DNA of 48,984 bases, filler included, from Sphacelaria rigidula (taxonomy: Eukaryota): the NCBI GenBank assembly GCA_964200075.2. It is 3 parts of 3 records of this genome, joined end to end, with 100 filler letters (N's around TTAATTAATTAA, not from the genome) between each part and the next. Parts side by side here need not be neighbours in the genome. Positions count along the whole stretch, not along the records: positions 32,725 to 48,984 come from CAXNAA020001422.1; 2 more parts are not named here. One strand, 5' to 3'. Below the pieces are notes generated by a model that saw nothing but the letters and a program-made list of their open reading frames with translations, had not been told where the DNA came from and ran no database searches. Made by a program: the position numbers and the translations under genes. Of this stretch, positions 36,301-48,310 are shown one piece after another (position 1 is the stretch's first letter; every line of letters begins with the position of its first letter).

Positions 36301-39300
36301 GTATTTGTGAAAAAAACTGAAAGGATTGCTTTTTTAATTCTACCTACTCATTACATTAGAACCAAAAAAGGGTGTTTCACGGTCAATGACACCCTCCTGA
36401 TAAATGGAGTATCTACTCGTATCGCCCGATAACACCTGGCAACACTAACTTGGGCACGATCTGTTTATTCAAGCAAAAGCTACCGACGCCAGCACTTTCG
36501 AGTTCTATCGAAGAGTAGTACGCGAAAAAAATCCTCAAACAACTTTGAAGATTTCTGATGCTGACTACCATAGATATCGACTTTCCATGTTCCTTCCTCT
36601 GCCCGCCGTTCACCGACTCCATCCTCACACCTTCTATATCCGCAGGACGGGATCACTGCCTTCGAAGCACTAGAGTCGGGAGTACTGCCGCCGCTCCGCG
36701 AGCTATTGGCATGGTTTGAGGTCACGACGGCGGCAGCGGAGGCTAAGCTGGCCACCGAGCTCGAGGGTGAGGTAATTCGGGCTCTCGCCAACCGTGGTGG
36801 TTCCCCGTCGGTCCTCGAGGATGAGAAGCTGGGGGGAAAGGCAGGAAAGCATGGTGCAGCGAACGAGGCTATTCGTCAGGTATGCTGCTCATGTATTTCG
36901 CATGTCTTCGAACGAAAATTGCCCTGTGAGGTCGTGAAACACATTCGTGACCCCATTACTTTCATGCAAAACCCTCACCATATCGTAGGATCAGTCGAGC
37001 GTTAGATCTGTAGATTCTAATACAGTGTTGCTTCAAAAGAAAATAGAGTCATATATGTACGCCGATTTTCGCATACAAGAATCTTCGCATAAATTAACAG
37101 CTTGGATCATCCGCAAAGTAGGTGTAGTTCACACGAGCGAGGTGCCCAACACACGGTATATCTGAAAGGCTGCATCGTCGGCTCAAGTTGCAGGCTGAGA
37201 GCGTGATCAGATCCCGCGTTCGGTGGTGTGCATGGTGTTGCTCGGTACGGGTGCCTTGCGGGCCCCGTTGTACGCCGATAGGTGGCGACCACGCTTGGTG
37301 TTCCAATGCACCACTGCGCCCAGGGCGTAGTATATGGCGTGTATAAGCTGCTTGAAGAAGAAGCATCCCACTTGCTTTCGTCGCACTGGAGAACGGCACA
37401 ATCGTTTGCATGCATGTCTTGCGACGCAGCTGATGGGTTTGAAATTTGAAAACTCCGTCATGACCACTATATAAAGTGCAGTATTTTACGATGATGCAAT
37501 GTACTGTCTGCAGACAGTACCCGTACCGTGACCGCGTCTCATGTTTATTTGAGTACTGTCCTATGGTAAACCGCCATTTTTGAGTGCAACTTGGGTTGTG
37601 GATTTCTCGCCTTTGACTGCGTGTTCCATCGTGAAAATTTGCATTCCAGTTGGGCACAACACAGGCAGCATATGCCCGAAGCATCCGCGCGATTGGGCCG
37701 GGGAACACCGTACAACATGGCCCCAACCGATTGTGGGGTTATGCTGTCCATGCACTATCAAATCAGCCATGCAGCTGCCCAGACTTTGCGCACTATAGGT
37801 GAATGCATATGTGCTCGCGCAGAATCACAAACTTGAACATTTAGCGCGGCTAGGCGGCCGATGTGCTAGAAAACTGACACCGGTCTGTACTGCGACCCTC
37901 TCGGGATCATGACCATCTGTAGCCTACCGATCGGCTCACAGTCTGTAGAGCTGCACAGTTCATGACGCACGGTCCTACGCACGCTGTAGCCGCTGCGAGG
38001 CACTGAAAGTTTGCTCATATGTTGTGATAACCACAATCAACAGTCCCACGTCGCTATATCTGGCCTTGTGCGCTGCAGGAGTGCACACTAGGGGGGAAAA
38101 TGGTCAGATTCTATTCCGATTTTTCCCCTTCTTTTGGCGTAACACTGAATAACGTAGCAAAACTTGAACGCGAGACCGTCTACTACACTTTTTCATGGTC
38201 GCCGGCTGCGAATGATTTTGTCGACGGGCCCGTGCTGCGCGGATATCTCGAGCGCTTGCGTCAGCATGTTCGTTGGAGTCGTTATCGATTATACCTTTGC
38301 AGTGTTTTTTGCGGTGTTGTTCTCCTTCTTTTTTTTGTAGCTCACTGGTGATATGCACATTTCGTGTCTGACCTCCAACTCAACCACCGTCTGCGAACGT
38401 GGCCACTCTTTCATCTTCCATTCGGTATGGCCTTACCGTTGCCACCCCCCTCTCTTTGTTCGCTGTGGTAACTGACTCATGCACAACAAACGCACATATA
38501 CCCACAGCTCGTAGGCCTGATCCACGATGTGATCGGAGTGGAAGTGCTTCAGGTGGAAGGGCCGGACTCACGCCACGCCCCGTCCAGCGGAAACCACGGG
38601 GGGCTGTTCGGCGGTGCTCGGGGACTGTTCGGTGCTGGCAATCCCTTCGGCGGCGGTGGCGTGACAGGCGCCGGTGGTATCGGCGGTCTCGGCGCCGGGG
38701 CAACGGGAATCGAAGCCCTCTCCATCCCGATGATGCTTCAGCTGCGCCCGTCAAAAAATGCGCTGTGCAAGGTCCGCTCTCGGGGGGGTACTGGTGCGGG
38801 GGAAGACACCTTGGAGGCTTCTCTGGCGGCACTAACGAGGGGGGGCGGTGGCGGTGGTGGTGGGAGGGCTGGGGCTGGGACGGCGAGCGGGGGAGCGGGG
38901 GCTGCTGCGGATGCCCTTGCTATACTGGCGTCAGTGCAACCTCTAGCGAAGCTCGCGCAGCTTCGGTACGTTACTTGAAATGTTGTTCATCCGCTCGTGA
39001 TGCTTTGTTTTTGCGCGAAGTACGAAGTATGGGTTGAAATGAGGGGCGCATCTGCTGGTTTTACGCAGGAGAGCACCTATCCGATGCTTCGTTGCTGTTA
39101 CTCTCGCCTGTACCATGTCTGTATACGGAGGGCCGTCAATACCCCGCTCCCAGCGTACTGGCAACTCCCGCTACCTTTTCGTTCGTTATATTCTGAGCTT
39201 TACAATCTGTTGGCTTTCCTTGCGCGCATGTTCGACTTCGATGGTTTTCACACGACAGCGAGTTTGTGCTGCGATCTGTACATATCACGCATCCCTCGTA

Positions 39301-42300
39301 CCTGGAGTACTGCCGCGGGCTTCTTGGAGCCATGGTGTGCATCAAATCCACTCAGGGCGTTCAACCTGGTGGGGGGCAACCCGAACAGGTGCAAGTTTTT
39401 CTTCTTTCACAAAAGTTTCAGGTCAAGTTTCAAATATGATACATGTAACATGGGCAAAATTCGCGTGTGTTGTTTTCCTCAAATGCCGAGAACGGGGAGA
39501 AACAGCAGAGGATGCGCATGAAGCCTCCTGGAAAACACGATTTGGCAATTATCCCGGGCTTGCCGCTGGGGCGAACCTGTGGTGAACCTTTTACCATGAC
39601 ACCCCTCACCCGTCTGTCCTTCCCGTATATCAGGGTATTGGCAGCGGGTTGCCGTTGGGTCGTGGTAGAGCTCCATGGGAAGGGCAGGAGCAAGGGCGTG
39701 GCACGGGACAGGGGAGGCTATTTCGAGTGGTGGGGTGGGACGAACAAACGGGGACGCATCTGCTGCTATCGGTACCCGGTGTCGAGGAAGACACGCCCTG
39801 GGAGCAGTATTTACAGGTGTGAGGAAGTCGTTTTTGTGGGGCTGTGAACTGGACCAGCTTCCACTGGCGATTAAACTGGAACTGGAGTTTAACTGAAACT
39901 GGTGATGAGGACTCCACTTTATCCAGTTTACTTGAAGTTTGCCGTTGCCGACATTATGAGAGATGCTATATCTCGAACTCGGTTCCCGGTTTCCTGGTTA
40001 GTTTTGTTGTATTTTTTTTAAGGGAAAGTGATGGCGATTCATCAGATGATGACACCCTTCGACCGCCAGGTCAGGTTTATGAATCGTCATCACTTTTACT
40101 TGAAAAAATAGTACAAAACCCAGAGCTAGCGAAGTAACCAGGACACCGAAAACCGAGTCTTGAATACCTCTATTACGAATAAAATGACAGTAGAACTGAG
40201 GCCTGCACCTGACAGCATGCAAGTACAGGCAGTACTCGTGGTATGAGCGGGGTCAGCCTAGGAGCAGATTTGGAGTTTGCTGGCCCATTCGCAATATATG
40301 GTACCGGGCGCCCGAAATATTTTTCTTCAGACCGGCAAACAGATTTTTGGTTCACGGATTGTTTCTTTTGAGACGTTTGATCCACTCTTTGACACTCAAA
40401 AAGAGAAAATCGCCAACACACGTCTCGGACACTTTGCTTCACCCCACAGAGAGGAGCCTAGTCTACTTTTCAGATTCGCTTTGCGCCGAGGTTTCGAGTT
40501 TGGCCGCTGAACATTACCTCGTGTGCAATTATCTGTGCTTGCCAACATACGGCAGTTTGTCCAATACTCTGTGTAGATCGCCGTAGATTTTATTGCACAC
40601 AGATTATTGTTCAGCGGCCACTCTCGAAACCTTGGAGCCAAACGAATCTGAAAAAGTTGCTGGGCTCCTCTCTGTGGGGCGATGCAAAGTGTTCAAGGCA
40701 TATGGCGATTTTCCCTGTTTGAGTGTCGAAAAGTGGGTCAAACGCTCCAACATTGAACAATCCGTGGGCCAAAAATCTGTGTGCCATAACATCCAGCCTT
40801 AGGAGGGTCTTTCTCGCAACTACTCTTCGATAGAACTCGGAAGTGCTAGCGTCGGTAGGTTTTGGAAAAAAATTAGATCGTCTTCCCCTCCCCCCGTAGT
40901 GCCCAAGTTAGTGTTAGTTGGTGTTATCGGGCGATACGGGTAGATACCCCGTTTATCCGCAGGGTGCTACTGACCGTGAAACACAGTTTTTCGGCTCTAT
41001 TATAATAGCGCAATGAGTTGTTGAAAACTTCAAAATACAAATCTGTACATTTCTCAACAAATACAATCGGGACAGACTCGATTGGCCGAAAATATCAAAG
41101 AATCAGAATCTGGGCTAAAACTTGTCAAGATCTCCGATTACCGGTCAGCCCGTAAGTCACTCAGTATTGAGTACGTATGCTTTTTTTCTTCTTACAATTT
41201 CGGGCGGATACAAGTATCTTCAGATCCCCGATGTGACGAGCGGTGAAAAGCGAATGAGCCCAGGAAAATCGCCAACTACGAGGAAATCACAAAATGAAAA
41301 GTCCAGGCGTCCAGTATTGTACTAGCTGGACTTGGACCCTCAAATGTGGTATGCACTCTCCATAGTGAACATCATTACCGATACCGTCACTCCTATACTA
41401 GGTTGTGCTGGCAGAAATATCCTATCGGATTCTCTTGCCTGAGAAGGCTCGGACAGGACTCGCCGAGCCCTCGTCCTCGGCGGTGACCGTCACCGCCTGC
41501 GTGGACGAAGGGCAAGAGGTGGCACCCCACGCGGATACACCTTCTCTGTCAGCTGCGGCCATGGCTGCCGTCCCTCCGACTGCTGGTTCTCCGGCGGCTA
41601 CGTCTTCGTCGTGTGCTACTGCTGCTGCTACTGCGGAGACCTTGGTTGGTCACGGTGTTGATGTGAGATGCGCTTTCATTGTCCACGTTAACATTAGATT
41701 GGATCCTTTAGTTTCGTCGTCATCTGTCGCAGGAGAGACGTATGCGGCAACTGCACTCGGCTTCGACACGAAGAAGTTACGCCGAGATTTCTGTCTTTCA
41801 GTCTCTTTGGCGCCAAACTCACGCATGTTCCCCTTAGGTCGACCGCTAGAACGATGTGTCGCATGACTCATGTGAATCTAGGTGTACGTGAGTAAGAGGT
41901 TGAGGACCGCAGACTACTCGTCATGATACCATTACGGGTAGTGTCCACAAACAGGAGCTGCTGAACTATTGGGCATGGGATGCCAGCGTTATAGTTCGGC
42001 CGGCGTGCTTGTGACGAAGTGAGGTCTGCCTCACGGGTTGCGGGGATCGTCCACCTTTTTGTTATACCTTGTTACACATTATGCTTTTACAGCAAGCCGG
42101 GCCCAACACCCCCTGGTGTTTTTTTCTCTCTCATTCACCCTGCTCTCTTTATTTGTCTCATATCCCGTGTTCCGTGTGCATGTGTTTGCCAGAGACGGAA
42201 GTTGGCGGGGACTGCGGCGGAGGGTTTGGCAAACAAACCATCGCCTTTGCTCGTGGGACTCTCGGGCGCTTCTGCTTACGGGCAGGTATCCCATGCACAA

Positions 42301-45300
42301 AGTACATGAGTGACTCGTACAGGCGATACTGGTCTTGGGTATGCTCATATTTACATTGTGCGGTTATGCTTACATTAACAGCGGTACATACACCTCCACC
42401 CATGCGCTCGATGTATCGGAACTGCGTAGGTGATGATATTTTCAGCATGCTGTTATGTAGGAGTGAGAGCGATTTGTCATCATACTTCGCATAGGCGGGT
42501 TGTGTGCCGCCAAGAATCGCAGGCACGACAGTCCCTTATGACCGTGATCGCTTTCCAGGTGATGTGGTAATAATCCATATTCTTACTCTGTCTTCCGCGC
42601 CCCTGTCGAGTCTACAGGACGGGCACGACAGAGAAAGCGATGGCATGGAACTTGAAGAGTTTGCGCTCGGTGAAAGTGCCCTAGGCACTGCCACCTCCAG
42701 CGGAGTCGAAGAGGGCATCGGGCTGGGCGGTGGAAGGGGCCTCAAAGCTGCGGCCTCCACGGCGGCGTCCAACTTGCGCCGGAACGTACGGAGCATGCTC
42801 AATGCGCAACAGCAACAACAGCATCAGCAGGTTAGGAATACCTAATTCAAAACTAGACATTGACGTTGGCGCCCGTCCCTGTGGGTAGTCTGATGCATAC
42901 TGAATCTGGACTACTGTATGCTATCTTCGTCGCCCAGCTATCGGTGTTTTGCGCCACATGAGGTTTCGAGGCGGAGAAAGACTCTGGATAGTTGAGCGTC
43001 CAGTCATGGCAAAACGAAACGCTTCATTGGTCCGCCTGTTCATGATATAGGTCCTCGGAACCCACTCACGAACCAGCCTGTACAACCACCCCCTCTTGTT
43101 TGCTTGTCTGCCTTTCTACAACGGCTGTTGCTCGATCATGTTTTGTTGTTTTCCCCGCCGTGACGATCCGCAAACCAGACCAATCGTGCCGCCTGGTCCA
43201 CCAGCCTGTTGCCTTTGTCCTCGACACCGTCTCCGTCGTCCGGACTAGCCTCGAACTCTGGTCGTAACTCGGGCTCTGCGAGTGGCTCGGCCAGCGGCTC
43301 CACAACTCCCTCTCCGCTCCCGGCGGCTGGAGCAGCCGCAGGTGGTGGCGGAGGCGCGGCGGGTATTGGAACAAGCCTCGGGCACAGCTGGGTGTCCCAG
43401 CTCCGCGCTGGAAGTCCCGGTGCCCCTAGTCGAGGAGCGGACCCCGGCTCCGCCCCTCCACGTATGGTAGATTTGTTAACCGGAGACGGTAGGGATGCGG
43501 AGGCGCCGCCAGTTGGCTCCCCTTTCGCTGCTGATGTTTTTGGTGGATTTCCATCGTTGGCATCCGCTGCTGCTGCTCCAGCCGAGGCGGCGCCAGCGGC
43601 GGCGACAGCGGCTGTTGAATCGCCGGGGCAGGTTGGTTGCGCGCAGCGGGACCGGGGAGCTTCGAGGGCGACGGCGCCCTCGACGCCGCTTCCTGCTGCG
43701 AAAGAGCGCCCGCCACGTACGGAAGAACTGAGAGAGGGGGACTCTATCGAAGCTCAGTTCTTGTTGGCCGATCAAGCCGTCTGGACGACAAGCTGGTACC
43801 GGGGTAAGGTGTCGCGTGTCAACCGTTCTGCAAGTGCCGATGGCGGAAAACGGAAGAATCATGGAGTTTCCGGTGATGGAGAAGGCGGAAATGGTGTTAC
43901 GTACGGCGTGGAGTTTGTCGACGGAGATTGCCTCGATGATGTACCCGGGGAGCACATCAGGTTGTTCCGTGGTTTGCAGGTCGGAAGCGTTGTGACCGTC
44001 GAATGGCCATCAAAGGGGGGCAGGCCATTTAAGGGGTGTCTCACCAGGGTGTGCGCAGGGGAGGATGGAAACCCCCCCACAGTGAGCGTGATATACGAAG
44101 ACACGGACACAGAGGTGAGCGCGTAGCTTACATGTTGTCAAGAAAACCTGTCGCTGTCCATGAGTCATGCGCCGTGCTTTCAGATGTTCCAGTGTAATTA
44201 CTGCATGGAAAATTCTCCGCTACTAACTCCCCCCGAATGTCCAATCTCAGCTATTATACCTTTGCTCTGCGCCTTGTCTGAGTGCTGCAGTTCTCTTCCC
44301 CGCTTTCTCGTTTTTTGAACGTCGACAGAACAATGTGCCCCTCGAGCGCCTATGCCTCGCAGAAGATGAACATCTAGCTGCTCCGCCCATCGGGACCGAT
44401 TCCATATCAACGTCCACGCCCCCCCGGCACTCATCTTCACTTCGGCCTGACCCGTCAGGGGTCAGGGCACCAAGCACGCCAGGTTCGATTGCGTCTGTGT
44501 CGGCACAAGCTTCCTCATCTTCTCCTGCCTCGGCACGCTCCACGACGCTGCTCGGTGTTGGCGGCCTCGCCTCCCCGACCACTCCCGCCTCTCCAGATAT
44601 CACCGCCGCCCATTCTCCAGCTCGGGCCGCAACGGCTCTTTCTAAATCCCCTACTTTCGCTCGAGCGGCTGCTGCGACTGCGGCTGGAGACGGAGGCGAT
44701 AACAGCCGGAAGGGCCCGAACAGTAATCTCGTGAAAGGTTCGCGGCGGAGCCCGCCGCGCCGGGCGAGCGGCAGTAGTAATAGCATGTCCTCGGCCGCCA
44801 CCTCGAGCACCACAACGCACGCCGGCGGCGGTGCTGGCAAGACCAGGATTGTTCGGGCGCACTCTGCCCGGCATGGGCGCGGCGGCGCGTCGCCGAACAC
44901 CGGCGGAGCCACGGGCCAACTTGGGCGCGGGACATCGGACCCATCCTCGAACTCGCGGTGGGGCAGCGGGGCAGGAGGAGCGTCACGGGCAATGGTATCG
45001 GCATCTGCGACCGGTGCGGGGAGTGGAGGGGGGGCTGGGGCGACTGTTGGCATGCGGCGAGTGTGGGTGCGAGATCGTATGGACTCGATGAGGTGGCGAC
45101 CGGGTTGCCTGGTCGCTGAGGGGGACGCAGCGGCGTCCGCAGGGTCTGCTGCCGCTGTGACCAGTAGTAGTGGGGGGGCAGTAGGAGGGTCTGATGCTGC
45201 CACGTCAGGGTTCTTGGCGCGCCTTGACGACGGCACGCTACAGGTACGTTCGTTTCCACAGTGTCAAGTATTTGCTCGCGTCATATGTTTATGTTGATTG

Positions 45301-47762
45301 TGCTCGTTTCACGCTTCACCGCTTGTACATGAACTGCATCTTCAACTCGTGGTCAGCACTCAAGCGCTGCGATGGCCTTTCTCTCTTCGTTCCCGATTTA
45401 TCCCTTGAAAATTACGATCATTTGAGCGCATGTTGAACGCGTAGATATTGTAGTCATGTCAATACCGAGCATATCGACTCCCGCATGTACCGCAAGTTAA
45501 TGTGTTACGATGGATCACATTTAGGCCACTAGTCTGCACTTGCATCGTGGGCCCTACTGAGGGCGGAAATGGCCTACATACTCCTCATGTTGATGTTTCT
45601 CGGTCTGTCGGGGTGGGGGGGGGGGGCTTGGCATTGCTCTTTGGTACGAGGGGGCGACGCTTATGTTGTCTTGATTTCATACGATGATGAACCTCCCCGG
45701 GACCACGCAGACTCAAAACTTCATACGGCATCCGCCTGGAAGAGTGAGATGTTCGTGTCAGCTCCTCCTCCCGACCGTAATATCCCCTCCTTCCCTCGCC
45801 GTCCTCTGCTTCTACAGGTCCCCCGATCGGACGGTGTCATGGACTTTCCGACGGCAGGCGGTGCAGCTGCCGCTGCGGCAGCGGAAGCCGCGGCGACCGC
45901 GGGAACCCCCGGATCTGGACGCGGTGCCCGTAACCCCGCGGCGAAGCTCGCCTCGTTTACCGGCGCTCTGCGACGGCATGGCCGCAACGCCGGCCTCGGC
46001 GGTGGCGGCGCTGGCAGCAGCAGCGGAGGGGACGATTCCGACTCCGGGTTTTTAAAGGAGCCCGCGACACCCCACGCCTGGCTGTGCAGCCGCCAGCCGC
46101 GTACTACGCAGCTGGGTTTTCTGCCGCGGTTTGGCCGCGGCGGCGGTGGATTGTCTTCCGGAGGAGGGACAGGTGGCGGCCGCGGTGGCGGAGGCAGCGG
46201 GGCAGGTGGAAGTGTCCGAAGTAGAGGGGGTAAAGACAGCGTTGCGGGAGATAGTAACGCGCTGCGACGACATTTCACCACGGTTGGTAACGGTACGGAT
46301 CGAGAGTCTGTGGGGGTGGCGGCCACAGGGGCGGGTGAGCCTGGTCGTAGTGGGAGGTTGGGTGCGGGCGGTGCTAGGGGTGGAGACGGCGGTATCGGCA
46401 GTAGTAGCACCGGGAGCAACAGCGGAAGCGCGCGAACATCCACTGTCGGGGGTGCTCCTGCATCCAGTGGTCAAGATTCCTCTTCTCAAGACGGATCCGT
46501 TTCTTCCGTCGCTGGCGGTTGCGGCGGTGAGTCGAGGTCGTCGGGACCTGGCCGGGGCGGCAAGAAGATGTCGATATTCGCTGGGTTCGGGGGTGGTTCG
46601 AAGGCAGGCGGCCGTTCTAAACAGAGGGGGGGTAGGACGGCTGGCCGCGGCAGAGCCTCACAAGACAGAGGCGCCGGAGGAGCTGGCGCCGCGGCGCATG
46701 AGACTTTCGTACGGGCCGTACCCCTCCAGTTGGAGGACGAGGGGTTGCTGCAGGTTTGTGTAGGAATGCGATGAGAATGGAGTAGGGCGGAAGTTTTTTT
46801 TCACAAATCTGCATGAATGAGGGAGCAAGCAACAGGTCCATAATTGTAACCGGCTTCCCGCATGTAGAGTCTGCATTTGCTTCCATGTTTGAGTTACGAC
46901 ACCCAGAGCTGGTAGTATGCTTGTGTTGGTACCCGTGTGCTTTGTTGGCGTGTTTTCATTTTGCCTACCGGATGTTGCCACTGTTTTCGCGTGCTTGTGT
47001 TGCCTTTCTTCGTGTCTCTCGGGCGCGTTTTTCGTTGTGACCGCACCCGCCAGGAGCAAGGGTGGGTGTATCCTCCGCGCGTGTGTCTATTACTGGCCGT
47101 ATCGAGCGATCCCGAAGATGATAGCAGGTGAACAAAGAGTAGACGAGCGTAGCGAGCTCATGTAGACACATCAACAAACCGCTTGACTCAATGCACCAGA
47201 GCGCAGTCGAAGACGGAATATCTCTCATCTCTTCACTTTCGGTTTTCATTTGAAGTGCGCTAAACGTCCCGCGATAGCATGTAGAGCGCAAGCGCCCCCA
47301 GTATTGTGAAGTAAAGTTTTGGCTCCGTAATCGGAGCACAGATTTGTTGGAACACGAAAACGCTCTGATGATGCCCCTCGAAGGGTGTAGATATGCAGCA
47401 CGAGAAAAAAACGCAACCAACGAGCCATTCGCACATATGCCATCCAGAACACATGAAGCCCCCCTCCCCCCTCAGAGAGGCTAGTTCTCGCCCTTCATTT
47501 TCCCGAATGTTTCCCGAATATTTTTTTGTATTTGTTTGTTCACTTACTTTTATTGGCGCTTTTGTTGTGTCAGCAGAGCGGACTGGGTGGAGTTGGAGGA
47601 AGACGACACGATATTCAAGTGCGTGTCCGTCCTGCAGGCGCGCGCGCCCCCTCCGTCATCGTCGTCCGCTAGCCCAGGCGGTGGCAACTCCGGCTCCGGG
47701 TCGTCGTCGATGACCTCCGCTCGCGGTCACAGTTTCCGGGAGGGACTGATGGGACTGAAGAG
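33319..47762 (+). CDS. Internal 13 exons (~1640 codons) of a TRIP12/Ufd4/UPL3-like HECT E3 ubiquitin ligase with Tudor-like insertions; both ends, including the HECT domain, lie outside the piece
   Basis: Exons 33319-33648, 36646-36879, 38508-38965, 39259-39388, 39634-39816, 41402-41644, 42193-42285, 42618-42830, 43179-44114, 44329-45243, 45818-46753, 47054-47127, 47577-47762; all GT-AG and in phase. Family-like motifs in the expected order: LLASE|DGITAFEALESGVLPPL, IRQ|LVGLIHDVIGVEVLQV, GIEALSIPMMLQLR, SVQPLAKLAQLR|EFV, LEEDDTIFKCV. The family call rests on recalled motif similarity. Confidence 0.8.
34097..35285. mobile_element. Non-autonomous hAT-like element with 8-bp TSD and a duplicated left end
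   Basis: GAATTTTG at 34089-34096 and 35286-35293; TIRs CATACGTCGGACGAG / CTCGTCCGACCTGTG (13 of 15 match); left ~140 nt repeated from 35078; subterminal repeats CACTCGAGTCA..CTCGTT..AAAATTAATAGGGCGA. Confidence 0.75.
35712..36191. mobile_element. Tc1/mariner-like non-autonomous element, TA-flanked
   Basis: TA|CAGGAGTGCCCCAAAAAAATGCGAGGCCCTATG ... CATCGGGTCTCGGAGTTTTTGGGGGGCACTC(TCGAT)CTG|TA. Confidence 0.6.
36194..36540 (+). repeat. ~350-nt intronic repeat, copy 1
   Basis: CTGAGTGACTTACGGGCTGACCGGT, AGCCCAGATTCTGA, TATCGCCCGATAACACC, AACACTAACTTGGGCAC and CGAGTTCTATCGAAGAGTAGT occur colinearly, reverse-complemented, in 40805-41171. Confidence 0.85.
39838..39931 (+). repeat. Short AAACTGG-rich dispersed repeat
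   Basis: Homologous to the reverse complement of 23194-23271. Confidence 0.6.
40334..40797. mobile_element. Foldback MITE-like element (~200-nt arms)
   Basis: GGCAAACAGATTTTTGG..ACTTTGC.TC.CCCCACAGAGAGGAGCC..TGGCCGCTGAACA is mirrored by TGTTCAGCGGCCA..GGCTCCTCTCTGTGGGG..CCAAAAATCTGTGTGCC. Confidence 0.85.
40805..41171 (-). repeat. ~350-nt intronic repeat, copy 2 (inverted relative to 36194-36540)
   Basis: See copy 1; carries a small C-rich insertion at ~40881-40898 and ends at a TA (41172-73). Confidence 0.85.
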
Positions 47763-48225
47763 GTAACAGGAACGACTTCACATGTTTCATGCCTCGTGTA
47801 TGGTAGTGTTCCGCTGATGAGCTATGATCGTGGACTACACTCATGGTACAAGTGACCGCAATATCACGTGCAGTAGCGGCCCGCTCACGAGAAACTACAA
47901 ATCATGCCCAACTAAGTTTTTCATCTGATGCAAGCGTTGATGGCCTACTGTATTGAACCTAGTGTAGCGGTCGTCGCTGAAGCTGAACCTTTTTTTTTAT
48001 TTCAACCTACTTTTCTTACAACATAGTTTTGTATTGGCGGGCCGCTACTGTAGCGAAGCCCCCCCCTCCCTCCGAACGACCAAAAAATAAAAGCAACTTA
48101 TTGGAGGCTGTCATCCGTATGCAAGATAATCAGTGCGCTTCGGGCCGAACAATATTGGCAGGATGCAGATCACCCCTCATGCCACTCGCCGATCACACCA
48201 CGGCGGCTCGCGATTGTTGACTGCG

Positions 48226-48310
48226 ACCCTAGTTCGGCGACAACCCGGCGTGCTCCGTCCCGGTTTTGCAGGGATACGAGGTCGATGATCTTGAGTACCC
48301 CCACCCCTCA
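48226..48310 (+). repeat. Internally deleted copy of the 30360-30480 repeat
   Basis: CCTAGTTCGGCGACAACCCGGCGTGCTCCGTCCCGG..GATCTTGAGTACCCCC. Confidence 0.65.

Noticed and set aside
44247..46489. Long minus-strand ORFs (329, 240, 202, 145 aa)
   Set aside because: Antisense shadows of GC-rich E3-ligase exons.
3505..47762. Functional gene cluster linking the kinase, PHD fossil, polyQ gene and E3 ligase
   Set aside because: They lie on different artificially joined pieces.
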